Shown: piece after piece, positions 35,834-45,826 of the stretch
How the letters are laid out: every line of letters starts with the position of its first letter
How positions within the stretch are numbered: the stretch's first letter is position 1
NCBI GenBank assembly: GCA_029941685.1
Contig: JAPYTC010000001.1
Location: 2,381-66,380 of the forward strand
DNA: 64,000 nt
Origin: Planctomycetota bacterium
Lineage (GTDB): Bacteria; Planctomycetota; UBA1135
Reading direction: 5' to 3'
Notes under the pieces: model-generated
Told to the model about the DNA's origin: nothing
The model's database searches: none
Seen by the model: only the letters and a program-made list of their open reading frames with translations
Position numbers and translations under genes: made by a program

Positions 35834-36792
35834 TATTTTGCGCCGAGTATTTGGCCGGCACCAATGTTGTTGCCATGAATAAACTCTTTGGCGCTAATTT
35901 TTGATCTACCGGCGCGCTGCACTTGAATTAATTCAATCGCTCCGTGTTCGCAACAGACATACAGTTTTAGAGACTCGCCAATTACAACTTCTCCAGCATT
36001 GCCGGAAACGTTCTCGTCACTGCAAAGTTTGGCGGCATGAACCTTGAGGCCATCTCCGTTGGGTAAAAAGCTAAACGCTCCCGGCCATCCGAGGTTGGTG
36101 CGAATTTGTCGATAGACATCTATGGCGGAAAGAGTCCAATCAATTTCGCCATCTGACTTTTTAACTTTACCACAGTGCGTTACAAGCGCATCGTCTTGCG
36201 GTGTGCCCTCAGGCAAGGATTGAGACTTTTTTGCAGATTCAACGAATTCACAAAGTAGTTCGGCGCCTGCACTGGCGCATTGATCAAACAACCATGGACT
36301 AGTGCTTTCGCTGTCGAGAGTGATTTCGCTACTCGCTAATACGTCGCCAGCATCAAGCTTCAACACCATCTTTTGAATGCACACGCCACCAACGTCGTCA
36401 CCTTCTTTTATCGCCGACTGAATCGGGGACGCGCCACGCCAGCGCGGCAACAATGATGCGTGAACATTGACGCAACCCAATTTGGGCAACGACAAAAATT
36501 CTGAATCTAAAATTTGTCCGTAACTTACCACGATAGCTAAATCACAGCCCCATTCACTGAACTGTGCTTTAAAGTCGGCACTCTTAGCGCTTTGTGGTTG
36601 TAGTACCTGAATATTATTCTCTTGCGCCATCCGCACAATAGAATTGCTTGAAAGTTGACGCCCACGGCCGTGACGACTTGGTGGCGCGCTTACAACGCCA
36701 ACGATATTGTGGCCTGCACCAACAAGCGCCGCCAACGCTTTATCAGCGAATGGCGGGGAGCCCATGAACGCGATGCGCAGATCATTGCACAA
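35833..36792 (-). CDS. fmt: methionyl-tRNA formyltransferase
   Basis: 319 aa with a TTG start preceded by AAAGGT. Motifs are RIAFMGSPPFA, NVHASLLPRWRGASPIQ and KLDAGD. Confidence 0.9.
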   Translation of the reverse strand: MCNDLRIAFMGSPPFADKALAALVGAGHNIVGVVSAPPSRHGRGRQLSSNSIVRMAQENNIQVLQPQSAKSADFKAQFSEWGCDLAIVVSYGQILDSEFLSLPKLGCVNVHASLLPRWRGASPIQSAIKEGDDVGGVCIQKMVLKLDAGDVLASSEITLDSESTSPWLFDQCASAGAELLCEFVESAKKSQSLPEGTPQDDALVTHCGKVKKSDGEIDWTLSAIDVYRQIRTNLGWPGAFSFLPNGDGLKVHAAKLCSDENVSGNAGEVVIGESLKLYVCCEHGAIELIQVQRAGRSKISAKEFIHGNNIGAGQILGAK

Positions 36793-36803
36793 AGCGCTTA
36801 CCT

Positions 36804-37127
36804 TTATAGATGTGGTTCAACGAAAGCTTTGAACTCGTCGTAGGCGCGGCCACCAGTTAGGCGTGCTACTTCTTCACCACCTTTGAATACTACGAAACAT
36901 GGGATTGACATGATTCCGAGTTCGGCAGCTTTAGATGGGTGCTCTTGGGTGTTTAGTTTCATCACCTTCAATTTGCCGTCAAAATCGCTGGCAAGCTGAT
37001 CGACTGCTGGGCCCATTGCTTTACAAGGACCACACCATGGCGCCCAAAAATCTACAATTACTGGGATGGGTGATTCGCACACTTCGCTTTGGAAGTCTGC
37101 TTCGGTTAAATCTGTTGCGTTTGACAT
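36804..37127 (-). CDS. trxA: thioredoxin
   Basis: 107 aa with the active site WAPWCGPCK. Confidence 0.95.
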   Translation of the reverse strand: MSNATDLTEADFQSEVCESPIPVIVDFWAPWCGPCKAMGPAVDQLASDFDGKLKVMKLNTQEHPSKAAELGIMSIPCFVVFKGGEEVARLTGGRAYDEFKAFVEPHL

Positions 37128-37133
37128 ACTTGT

Positions 37134-38069
37134 TTAGGGTGTTTTCCCGTCGAGAAGTTCCCCGACTTCTAGATTAAAGTTATCATGCTGACGATCAAAG
37201 TCGTCATCGATGTCTTCGAGTTGCAATACTTTGCTGTCACCACAACGCTTAATCACAATGTCGGTGAAAGCAGAATCCTGCTTGATGTTAATTTGCTGCT
37301 GCTTTGCTAATTCAAGTAAAGCCACAAGATAATATGCCGCGTCGGACTTTGGCGTATTACCTTGCTCAATTAGGGTTCGCAAAGTGGTCTCTTCAATTTT
37401 GTGTAGTTTATGCCACAATTCTTCAACATATGCGCGCAGCGGCTTGCCACTTGGGCGAATTTGATGCGGGCGCATAAAACCCGTTTCTTCTTCGAGGCGT
37501 GTGACCGCGGTTAATAAATCCCAAATTGACACGTCTGATAAGTCTATGTGATGTTCTTCATCGCCATCTTCACTGGACTCTTGGCCTATCCATTTGCCAC
37601 CCGCGCCAAAACACCCTTGGCGGGCGTCCCATTTGTCACGCAATAAGTCGCAAACTTTACGCAGTTCTTTATATGCAAGTAGCTGTTGAACAAGTTCTTC
37701 ACCTGGGTCGAATGGGTCTTCTTCTAAATCGACCTCATCTTGTGGCAATAACGATCGCGACTTGATGCCAAGTAATGTTGCTGCTATTACGAGATAGTCG
37801 GCAGCTTCGTCGATATCGATATCTTTCAGTTGACGCACAAATTTGCAATACGCGTCACAAACCTCGGTCAAAGAAACAACGTGAATCTCTAGCTCTTTGT
37901 CGCGCACCAATTGCAGCAACAAATCAAGTGGCCCAAAAAACACCTTGTCGAGGTGAATGTTGAATGCGGCGTCGTCTATTTCTTGTTGTGACGCAGTGTT
38001 TGGGAATGTATCTCCTTGCATAGCAACTAGTTTGTCGCTTATCTGTTCTGGATTGGCAGGCTCTATCAT
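37134..38069 (-). CDS. scpA: segregation and condensation protein A
   Basis: The start is set at ATG 38069 (MIEPANPEQ) to avoid overlapping the upstream M50 gene. The motif is FGPLDLLLQLVRDKELEIHVVSLTEVCDAY. Confidence 0.85.
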   Translation of the reverse strand: MIEPANPEQISDKLVAMQGDTFPNTASQQEIDDAAFNIHLDKVFFGPLDLLLQLVRDKELEIHVVSLTEVCDAYCKFVRQLKDIDIDEAADYLVIAATLLGIKSRSLLPQDEVDLEEDPFDPGEELVQQLLAYKELRKVCDLLRDKWDARQGCFGAGGKWIGQESSEDGDEEHHIDLSDVSIWDLLTAVTRLEEETGFMRPHQIRPSGKPLRAYVEELWHKLHKIEETTLRTLIEQGNTPKSDAAYYLVALLELAKQQQINIKQDSAFTDIVIKRCGDSKVLQLEDIDDDFDRQHDNFNLEVGELLDGKTP

Positions 38070-38073
38070 GCTG

Positions 38074-38778
38074 TTAGATGTACTCTGGAATCCAAGACAC
38101 AGGGAGGCCAACAATACTTGATATTAGATTACCAAAAAAGTTTATGCAAGTACGAACAATGATGAAAAATTGGGGGACAAACCATAGGCAACCCAGTAAA
38201 ATCATTATCCCGTATCGCTCAAGTGAAATATATGAGCGGCGCGCCTTGCCCCTTAAGAAAAAAGACATGATGCGCGAGCCATCAAGTGGTGGAATCGGAA
38301 TCATATTAAAGGCACACAGCAACACGTTAATGAATATTCCGAGTTGAAGGACTAAAACGCCTTGCGAACTCTTTTCCCAAATTCCGAAGTCAATGAAGCC
38401 TTTGAGCACCGATGCCCATAAAATAGCCTGAATTATGTTACTGAGTGGCCCAGCGATTGCCACCAAGGCCATGTCACGAAATGGTTTACGGAAGTTTCGT
38501 ACATCTACAGGCACCGGTTTCGCACCCCCGAAAATGAAGGGCATCCCTGACAACAACATTACACCTGGCAAAACGATCGTCATCATTAAGTCTATGTGTG
38601 GAATAGGGTTAAGTGTCACTCGTCCCATTCGATAGGCGTGGTCATCGCCTAATTTAAAAGCAACCCAAGCGTGGGCGGCTTCGTGGGTGGTAATTGCCAA
38701 GACAACGACCAGTATCGACAACAACAAGATGGGCGCGGAGATCTCCATTAGTGGGTCCATTTTCGCAGACATCTGCAC
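38074..38778 (-). CDS. site-2 protease (peptidase M50) family membrane protein
   Basis: 234 aa, polytopic. It has the HExxH motif HEAAHAW inside a TM helix, and NMIPIPPLDGS. Confidence 0.8.
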   Translation of the reverse strand: MQMSAKMDPLMEISAPILLLSILVVVLAITTHEAAHAWVAFKLGDDHAYRMGRVTLNPIPHIDLMMTIVLPGVMLLSGMPFIFGGAKPVPVDVRNFRKPFRDMALVAIAGPLSNIIQAILWASVLKGFIDFGIWEKSSQGVLVLQLGIFINVLLCAFNMIPIPPLDGSRIMSFFLRGKARRSYISLERYGIMILLGCLWFVPQFFIIVRTCINFFGNLISSIVGLPVSWIPEYI

Positions 38779-38832
38779 TTCCTACAATACACAAAACCCC
38801 CTATCTTAACTTAGGGTAAAATAGCCGCCGTC

Positions 38833-39807
38833 ATGACCGCCTCCGACCCCAACTCCCGAGGCCAACAAGTTTTGCGCCTCGAAGCAGAAGCACTGTTGGC
38901 ACTCAGCGAAAATCTGCCGGCCAACTTTGCTGTCGCTTGCGAATTGCTAGCCGCCTGTAATGGCCGCGTTATCGTTAGTGGAATGGGCAAAGCTGGCATT
39001 GTTGGCCAAAAAATATCTGCGACCTTAGCGAGCACAGGCACCCCAAGTCTGTTTTTGCACCCTAGTGAGGCTTTGCACGGCGATCTCGGACGTCTACGGC
39101 AATCTGATGTGGTATTGGTTTTATCTAACAGTGGTAAGACCCAAGATGTTTTACGGTTGTTGCCAGCCATTAAATCTATTGGCGCAAAATCAATCGCGAT
39201 CTGCGGCGATTCGAGCTCACAGTTGTCGCAAAATTGTGATTTGGTTTTAGACATCGGCCTTCGCCCTGAAGCTTGTCCTTTGGGCTTGGCGCCAACTGTA
39301 AGTACAACTACGATGTTGGGCATGGGTGATGCTCTAGCAATGGCGGTACTTGAATTACGTAACTTCACCCGCGAAGAGTTCGCGCGCTTTCACCCCGCTG
39401 GAGCTTTGGGCCGCGAATTTATGGTGGTTAGCGAGATAATGCGCGAGAACGAGCATTTACCGCTTATTAAAAGCGGGACCGAATTACGCCACGCGCTTAC
39501 GGTCATGACCACAACCCCCGGGCGCCCCGGTGCCGCGCTGATTGTCGACGAAAACCAGCAACTGCTCGGAATTTTTACCGATGGTGATTTGCGCCGCCTT
39601 GCCGATAGCGGCCAACTTCCTTTATGTGAGTCGACTGATTTGCACATGGCGAAAACTCCAAGTGTGTTACGCGAAGATGTGTTGGTAAGCGAAGCGTTGC
39701 GTATGTTCAAAGATTTACACGTCGACCAAATGCCTGTAATCGGCGCTGATGGCAATAAGGTTGTTGGCTTGGTTGATATTCAAGATCTTCTCGAGGTACG
39801 CGTTTAA
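38833..39807 (+). CDS. kdsD: arabinose-5-phosphate isomerase (KdsD/KpsF)
   Basis: 324 aa with a SIS domain (VSGMGKAGIVGQKISATLASTGTPSLFLHPSEALHGDLG) and a CBS pair. Confidence 0.9.
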   Translation: MTASDPNSRGQQVLRLEAEALLALSENLPANFAVACELLAACNGRVIVSGMGKAGIVGQKISATLASTGTPSLFLHPSEALHGDLGRLRQSDVVLVLSNSGKTQDVLRLLPAIKSIGAKSIAICGDSSSQLSQNCDLVLDIGLRPEACPLGLAPTVSTTTMLGMGDALAMAVLELRNFTREEFARFHPAGALGREFMVVSEIMRENEHLPLIKSGTELRHALTVMTTTPGRPGAALIVDENQQLLGIFTDGDLRRLADSGQLPLCESTDLHMAKTPSVLREDVLVSEALRMFKDLHVDQMPVIGADGNKVVGLVDIQDLLEVRV

Positions 39808-40307
39808 TGTCCAACGAACTTGGCCAACGCGCTAGTCAAATAAAGTTGTTCGTCAGCGATATTGATGGCGTATGGACTGACGGCACCGTAATCATGAATG
39901 CCGATGGTGGCGAGTCTGTTGTCTTTTCCATCCTTGATGGCTTCGGTTTAATCTCACTGATGCGCAATGGCATTGAAGTCGCGGTTATTTCTGGACGTAA
40001 CAACCCCGCTGTAGCTGCACGCGCCGACAAGCTAGGCATCAAAGAAGTTCATCTGGGGTTTTTGAATAAGGGCGAGTTAATTCAAAAAATTATTGCCGAA
40101 CGAAATTTACTCCCGTCGCAAGTTGCCTCAATTGGCGACGACCTACCTGATCTTGAAATGTTCGAGCACAGTGGTTTATCTTTTGCGCCACCAAATGCTG
40201 TTGCTGAAGTTAAAGTAGCGGCCGATTATGTATGTACAGCCGCCGCCGGGCGTGGCGCCGTACGCGAAGTTTGTGACCTACTTCTAGCCGCACAGTCTGC
40301 CGGGTAA
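39807..40307 (+). CDS. kdsC: 3-deoxy-D-manno-octulosonate 8-phosphate phosphatase
   Basis: 166 aa with the HAD motifs FVSDIDGVWTDG and IGDDLPDLE. A TAATG overlap links it to kdsD. Confidence 0.9.
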   Translation: MSNELGQRASQIKLFVSDIDGVWTDGTVIMNADGGESVVFSILDGFGLISLMRNGIEVAVISGRNNPAVAARADKLGIKEVHLGFLNKGELIQKIIAERNLLPSQVASIGDDLPDLEMFEHSGLSFAPPNAVAEVKVAADYVCTAAAGRGAVREVCDLLLAAQSAG

Positions 40308-42670
40308 TGCGCCGTAATCTCCGCCTACTTGGGTTCGCAATTGTTGTGACCACTATCCTGCTACTTATCTCCGACCTGCTCAAGCACTCGGTGGGTGCGG
40401 ATGATGTGCAGTTCAAGTCAAAGCCAAGTCCGGCCGGATTTAGTCACGACTTAACAGGCACCGGAAAAATCACCACCGCCTTTGCTGGGCGCGTAACGAT
40501 AATTGCTGAAGAAAGCAAAGTAGATGATGGCGGCGGTAGCACTTTTGCCCCGCGCTACCGAGTTGAAGGTGACGACCCCACCCCCAGTGCTGGTGGCATG
40601 ACCTTGTCCACATCCGTTATTGTCTCAAGCGAAAACGCTTCTGATGCCTCAAAAGGCTTTCGCGTTGATGCTCCCGAATGCTGGCTGCCTATAGACAAGA
40701 AGTCTTCGACCTTGCGCTTCGACTTTAACGAGCTTTGGCAATTAACCAAGCCTATATTTTCTATAAACGATTTTGGCAAGGGCGGCACCTTAACCATTAA
40801 GTCAACTTTGGCGCAGTTAGACCCACAAACCAACCTTGTGGTCACTGAAGGCTTCTTTACCCTTGATGTTGGTGACCTACACCTTGAGGGGGAAAGCCTT
40901 ACCTTAAACCCAGAAACTTCGAGCATTGAGTTTACTCCATACCATGGTGCTTTGCGCTGGTCTATTCGCAACGCAGATGGTCAGGTTATCACCGGAGACA
41001 GTGACGGCCCTGGCTCTTTCGTCGCTTTAGAAAATGGTGATTATTTACTAACCATCAATTCTAAAACCTCGGTACGTACCCAATTCCCCAAGGGCGCAAG
41101 CATTGTTGGCGACATCGAAACCCCACTATTAAAGTTACGGCTCGCGCCAAGCGACAGCGGCAATTGGCGTCCACGAATAGCAACGCTTGCGCAACCAACT
41201 TTATGGCACGGCGAAACACTGCAGTTGCGCGGAGCGGACTCCACAATAAGTTGGTTAGGTAATGGCACGCTTAACGACTTTATTATTAATGGCCCGATTA
41301 ACGTGGTGCCGAACAACGGCGCGTTTATTAAAACCTCCGCAAGTAAATATGCACAATTATTCGCAAATGAAAATGTTGTGCATTTAGCCGGCGACGTCAC
41401 CATTCATCGCGTTGACGGTTCCGTGAAGGGCAACTTGGCCGTGCTTGGCAACAATACTCTGGCCATGCAGGGCGCTGTCTCCGTTATTGGCGATCGTGGA
41501 ACCGCCACCGCTGATAAGTTTTCAACTGACGCCGATAATAACTGGCAACTAGATGGCTCGGCTTACGTCAATCCCGCCGATGATCAAATTGGGTGGCTGT
41601 CTGCCGACCACTTAAGCTTTTCCGCCGACGGTGTTATTAATGGCGCAGGTAATTTTTTAGCCGAATTAGAAATAAGTGGGCGTCCTGCTAAACTCGCTTG
41701 TGATAAATTCGTTTCGATTCCCGGAATGCGCTATAAAGCCAACAGGGTTATGCGTGACAACAGCGCAAGCGGCAATGTGATCGTTGAGTCAAGCGATGGT
41801 GTGGTTTTCGGCGACCTGTTAGACCAACTCGATGACCAGCGTTATTTAATTCGCGCCAACGATGGCAATACGGCTTACGGAACAATTCGCGCCGAACAAC
41901 AGGAAGTCTCTTTTCGCGCCAACAGTATTCTTTATTCCAAAGAGCAGGTGGTTTTCTCTGAAAGCCCCTTAGTTAAGGTCCCTGTTGGCGAACTGGGCCT
42001 AGCTAAAAAATCTGTAACTTTGGTGGCCAACAAAATCGTTCTTAATCTCGGCCAACAATTGTGGACGGCGACGAAAGACGTGTTGCTTTCTGGGGCTATT
42101 GTTGGAAACTGCCAATATTTAAGCTTCAGCTCAAATAAGGTTGTTTTACGAGGAGGATCCGCCAAAGACAATTCATTATGTGGCGCCTCGACAACTTTTG
42201 CTGATCATTCTCGCATAGACCTCGAGGGGGATTTAATTGAATATGTTGTTGGTAGGTCTTTGATTGTTAATGACAACGTTTATGTAAAAAGAGTTTCTGA
42301 AACCACCGACTGGTTGCGCTGCGAACAATTGAATGCGACTAACGAGGGTGGGCATGCAAGCGGGGATGTTGAGGCCTTGTTTGCTCAGAGCAGCATGACC
42401 TGTCGTTCTGTTGATTGGACGCGTGACGATGGTGGCGAGAATCTTGTTTTAAGTGGCAATCCTCGCCTAGACCACCCCCAAGCAACTGTTGATGGGCACC
42501 GAATCGAGCTCTCCCCCAAACAATCCACCATCACCGCACACGGTGACGCGCAAAACCCAGCAACTATTAAACGCGTTAGTGGCCAAAGCGCTAGTGGCTC
42601 ATGGATAAAATACAATTATGATACTCAAAGTTTAAATGCACAACGCGCCACCTTTGAAGACAAACCATGA
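40307..42670 (+). CDS. large membrane-anchored periplasmic beta-rich protein in the lptC/lptA position (function unproven)
   Basis: 787 aa with a single N-terminal TM helix (LLGFAIVVTTILLLISDLL) and no further hydrophobic helices. A TAATG overlap links it to kdsC and an ATGA overlap links it to the LptD-like gene. Confidence 0.75.
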   Translation: MRRNLRLLGFAIVVTTILLLISDLLKHSVGADDVQFKSKPSPAGFSHDLTGTGKITTAFAGRVTIIAEESKVDDGGGSTFAPRYRVEGDDPTPSAGGMTLSTSVIVSSENASDASKGFRVDAPECWLPIDKKSSTLRFDFNELWQLTKPIFSINDFGKGGTLTIKSTLAQLDPQTNLVVTEGFFTLDVGDLHLEGESLTLNPETSSIEFTPYHGALRWSIRNADGQVITGDSDGPGSFVALENGDYLLTINSKTSVRTQFPKGASIVGDIETPLLKLRLAPSDSGNWRPRIATLAQPTLWHGETLQLRGADSTISWLGNGTLNDFIINGPINVVPNNGAFIKTSASKYAQLFANENVVHLAGDVTIHRVDGSVKGNLAVLGNNTLAMQGAVSVIGDRGTATADKFSTDADNNWQLDGSAYVNPADDQIGWLSADHLSFSADGVINGAGNFLAELEISGRPAKLACDKFVSIPGMRYKANRVMRDNSASGNVIVESSDGVVFGDLLDQLDDQRYLIRANDGNTAYGTIRAEQQEVSFRANSILYSKEQVVFSESPLVKVPVGELGLAKKSVTLVANKIVLNLGQQLWTATKDVLLSGAIVGNCQYLSFSSNKVVLRGGSAKDNSLCGASTTFADHSRIDLEGDLIEYVVGRSLIVNDNVYVKRVSETTDWLRCEQLNATNEGGHASGDVEALFAQSSMTCRSVDWTRDDGGENLVLSGNPRLDHPQATVDGHRIELSPKQSTITAHGDAQNPATIKRVSGQSASGSWIKYNYDTQSLNAQRATFEDKP

Positions 42671-44982
42671 TTTTAGAATTAAGCACCCTATGCTTGTTGC
42701 TCTTGCAAATACAGCAGCCGGATCCCAACATTGAAGTTGAGGAGAGCGGCTTAAGCTTAGGTGCTGATTCAATAAGTAGCACCGATATCGAGAATGGCAT
42801 TCGTTACGAGCTTGAAAACTTTCAATTGTCGACAGAGAACTTACAACTCAGTGCACAAAGTGCGGTTGTCGAGATCTGTAGTGCTGCAGATGGTGCCGCT
42901 GACTGCGACGTTGCCTGGGGAGCAGCGCTGCTACGCGGCTTAGGTTTTGACAGCGATAATAATAGCTTACAGTTGGTAGAGATTTCGAACGAGGTAATGT
43001 TTAAAGACCCCCGTTTCCAAATCAGCGCCGATAAATTAATTTTGCGTCCTAATGAATCGATTAGTGAGTTTATTGAAGTACGCGCAACCTTCGCCGATAA
43101 TACTATTGGGCCGAATGGGTGGCCGATATTAATTACCGCCGACAAGTTGCTTGAAATGCCGGGTGGTGTTCTCGAGTTTCACCACTGTACTTTTTCTACT
43201 TGTCTTAATGAGCCACAGCACTACAGCACTTCCTTTAAGTTGTTGCGTGCTACAAAATTGGGTGATGGCCGAATGTCTTGGCAGTCCCAAGGGGCTTGGT
43301 TAAATATTTATGGCTTGCCACTACTGCCGCTTCCCTCGCCAGACTTTGTTGACGGCGAAGACTTTCTCGGGCTTAAAAGTATAAATTTTGGCTCGTCAAG
43401 AATCACGGGCAATGTCATCACTCCAAAATTCGGTGGCAAGACCGAGTTTAATGAACAACGCAATCTCGACTGGAGCATTAGCCCGGGTTTTTCTGACTTA
43501 CGTGGACTGCCTCTTACTTTCGATACAACCTATATTGATAAAGATTACTTCAGCTCACTGAAAGGGTTTTTCTTGAGCGACCGTTCAAGCGACTTTCATA
43601 GGTTGGGTGACTCGATTGCCCGCGAAAATGATCAACGCTACCTCGTAAACTGGCACAATCATTGGCAACTTGATAAACGCTGGGCGCTTAATGCTGATTT
43701 GGCGTTAATGTCAGATCACTTGGTATACCCTGAATTTTTCTACAAAGATTGGATCAATAATGATGATGCCGAAAGTTCTATAGAACTCTTTAATCGCGCA
43801 GACAACCATTTTTTTTCCGCAGCCTTCACCTTTCCTAATCTGGGCGCGGGATATACCCCACTCGCTGGCTTCGCCGCAGCTCCGGGCGCTCAAGGACAGT
43901 ATTTATCGTACCAACCGCGCGCAAAATACACCTCTCACGCCATATTGGGTGAGGGATGGCGCCCAAGTTGGTTGAACACTTCTTGGGGTATGGAAGCTGG
44001 GCGCATGACCCTGCAAGATTATGGGATAGATAGCGCAAGCTCCATCGGCTATTTGTCGAACCCCAGTGCTTCAAGATCACGCTTTTCGTCTTGGGCAGAT
44101 GCCCGGGCAAACTTCAGTATTGGTGGCATTAATTTGGCACCAGCGGTAACGATACGTGCTAGTACGTGGCGTGATTCGAGTCCTGTAGTGTTAAACGACC
44201 AACAGCTTTTCGTTGAGTCTAGTTTAAGTAGCAACGCAATTCTCATTCAACGCTACGACGATGGCTGGACCCACAAAGTAATTCCGAGCATCAGTTTGCG
44301 GTCCCAACATGCCTTTGTGGCGGCCGATAATACTCCTCGGGATTTTGACGGCAACGATGTCTTACAGGAAGGCCGCCTCGTCGAATTATCAATGCGCCAG
44401 TTCTTTTATGCGCCCAACGCTGACAGCCCGTGGCTCGACATGCAATTGCTGCAACCCTATTATCTAACTCCTTCGACCGCACTGGGTTCATCGTTGATGC
44501 CGTTTCGCACCACAAATGTCGATAGCGGATTGGGGCCTAGCGAAATGCGCATGAAGTGGACGCCATCCGCGTATGGGGGCGCGCTTAAAGGGATGTCGGT
44601 GCTAATGAATATGCGCTATGACTTCGAGGCGGATCGCGTCGACGAGGTTGTTGGTCAAATAAGTATGCGACCCGATTCTAATTACTTTTACGGCGTAAAT
44701 TATTTGGAGACAAACGGCACGGCACTAGATTTCGCGCTCGGCTCAGCTTATGCCGGACTACGAATCTCTGAAGAGTGGGCGTCGTCCATCCGTAAGAGCC
44801 GAAACTTCTCTGGTGACGCGGGGTTTTTCTCAACCTGGGAAGTCACGCATTATGGCCACGACTTTAGTTTCGAGGTGGGTTATACTCGCGTAGAATCTAC
44901 CGGCGCCGACGGCTTCTACTTTTCAATTTCGCCGCGCTTCGTTCACGACAAGTTTAACAGTTTTGATTACAACCCCCGCTAA
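42667..44982 (+). CDS. lptD: LptD-like outer-membrane LPS-assembly protein
   Basis: 771 aa with a signal-like N-terminus. The core segment HHCTFSTCLNEPQHY...GAWLNIYGLPLLPLPSPDF resembles the conserved LptD core. The C-terminal half is rich in aromatic/Gly beta-barrel-type strands (GFYFSISPRF). Confidence 0.6.
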   Translation: MILELSTLCLLLLQIQQPDPNIEVEESGLSLGADSISSTDIENGIRYELENFQLSTENLQLSAQSAVVEICSAADGAADCDVAWGAALLRGLGFDSDNNSLQLVEISNEVMFKDPRFQISADKLILRPNESISEFIEVRATFADNTIGPNGWPILITADKLLEMPGGVLEFHHCTFSTCLNEPQHYSTSFKLLRATKLGDGRMSWQSQGAWLNIYGLPLLPLPSPDFVDGEDFLGLKSINFGSSRITGNVITPKFGGKTEFNEQRNLDWSISPGFSDLRGLPLTFDTTYIDKDYFSSLKGFFLSDRSSDFHRLGDSIARENDQRYLVNWHNHWQLDKRWALNADLALMSDHLVYPEFFYKDWINNDDAESSIELFNRADNHFFSAAFTFPNLGAGYTPLAGFAAAPGAQGQYLSYQPRAKYTSHAILGEGWRPSWLNTSWGMEAGRMTLQDYGIDSASSIGYLSNPSASRSRFSSWADARANFSIGGINLAPAVTIRASTWRDSSPVVLNDQQLFVESSLSSNAILIQRYDDGWTHKVIPSISLRSQHAFVAADNTPRDFDGNDVLQEGRLVELSMRQFFYAPNADSPWLDMQLLQPYYLTPSTALGSSLMPFRTTNVDSGLGPSEMRMKWTPSAYGGALKGMSVLMNMRYDFEADRVDEVVGQISMRPDSNYFYGVNYLETNGTALDFALGSAYAGLRISEEWASSIRKSRNFSGDAGFFSTWEVTHYGHDFSFEVGYTRVESTGADGFYFSISPRFVHDKFNSFDYNPR

Positions 44983-45325
44983 ACTCTACGCCTTCATTGG
45001 CGGCGCTGAACTGCTTATCGTGGTTATTGTTGGCATCATGGTATTCGGATCAAAGTTTCCAGAAGTTATTCGGCAAATAAGCAAGCTCTGGTTTCGCTTA
45101 CGGCGAACCATGAACGACATTAAGCGCGAGACCGGGCTCGAACAAACCCTTGATGAATTGCGCCGTGACGTCGACCCCTTTTCGCCTTCTACATCTCACC
45201 CAGATTCGGTTGATGGCCAAGACGACGAAAGTGGTTCTGTCGAAGAAACCGAGGAAGCTGAGGAAGCCGAAGAGGCTGCGGTTGAGTTTATTCGTGACGA
45301 CGAACCGCCGTTAAAGTCCGAGTAG
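44963..45325 (+). CDS. tatA: twin-arginine translocase TatA/TatB-family protein
   Basis: GGAELLIVVIVGIMVFGSKFPEVIRQISK forms a TM helix with a hinge Gly, followed by an amphipathic helix and an acidic tail (EETEEAEEAEEAA). The TTG start at 44963 is uncertain. Confidence 0.75.
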   Translation: MITTPAKLYAFIGGAELLIVVIVGIMVFGSKFPEVIRQISKLWFRLRRTMNDIKRETGLEQTLDELRRDVDPFSPSTSHPDSVDGQDDESGSVEETEEAEEAEEAAVEFIRDDEPPLKSE

Positions 45326-45826
45326 CCCACTAAACGAACACGGTTTAGTTCGTGCATCAAGTTGTGGCAAAATAATGTCGTCCATAGCTAAACGACAGGC
45401 CTGTGTGGACCCCGGCAAAGAAAAAACAACGGCGCCGTTAATAATCCCGGCGGTAGCGCGTGACTGAATCGTTGCGGCACCAATTTCGGCAAACGACAAG
45501 TGCCGGAAGAGCTCGCCAAAGCCCGGAAGTTGCTTATCGAACAGTGGCTCTATCGCCTCTATGGTTTGGTCACGTGGCGTAACGCCGGTTCCGCCATTGA
45601 GAACAACCACTTGTGCCCCCTCGCTGTTGATTGATCTGTTTAGCGCCTGCCTAATATCGTCGATAGTGTCAACGACGACCTCACGCTGCGGTTGGTGGTG
45701 CCCCGCTGCAATCAATTTTTCGGCAATGAGTTGCCCCGACTTGTCGCAATCTAAATCGCGGCTATCCGAAACGGTAATTATTTTTACATGTAGCGCTGAA
45801 AATTCTTTTTGCTGACGATGGTTCAT
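45311..45826 (-). CDS. moaB: molybdenum cofactor biosynthesis protein B
   Basis: 171 aa with IITVSDSR, VLNGGTGVTPRDQT, GFGELFR and FSLPGST. Confidence 0.85.
   Translation of the reverse strand: MNHRQQKEFSALHVKIITVSDSRDLDCDKSGQLIAEKLIAAGHHQPQREVVVDTIDDIRQALNRSINSEGAQVVVLNGGTGVTPRDQTIEAIEPLFDKQLPGFGELFRHLSFAEIGAATIQSRATAGIINGAVVFSLPGSTQACRLAMDDIILPQLDARTKPCSFSGLLGL

Noticed and set aside
38811-39368. A 185-aa antisense ORF inside kdsD, and similar long antisense ORFs (e.g. 736-1170, 4558-5061, 13172-13657, 28154-28597, 31021-31350).
   Set aside because: Each lies opposite a CDS with clear family motifs. Their translations are Ser/Arg/Pro-rich with no motifs, which is the typical shadow-ORF pattern.
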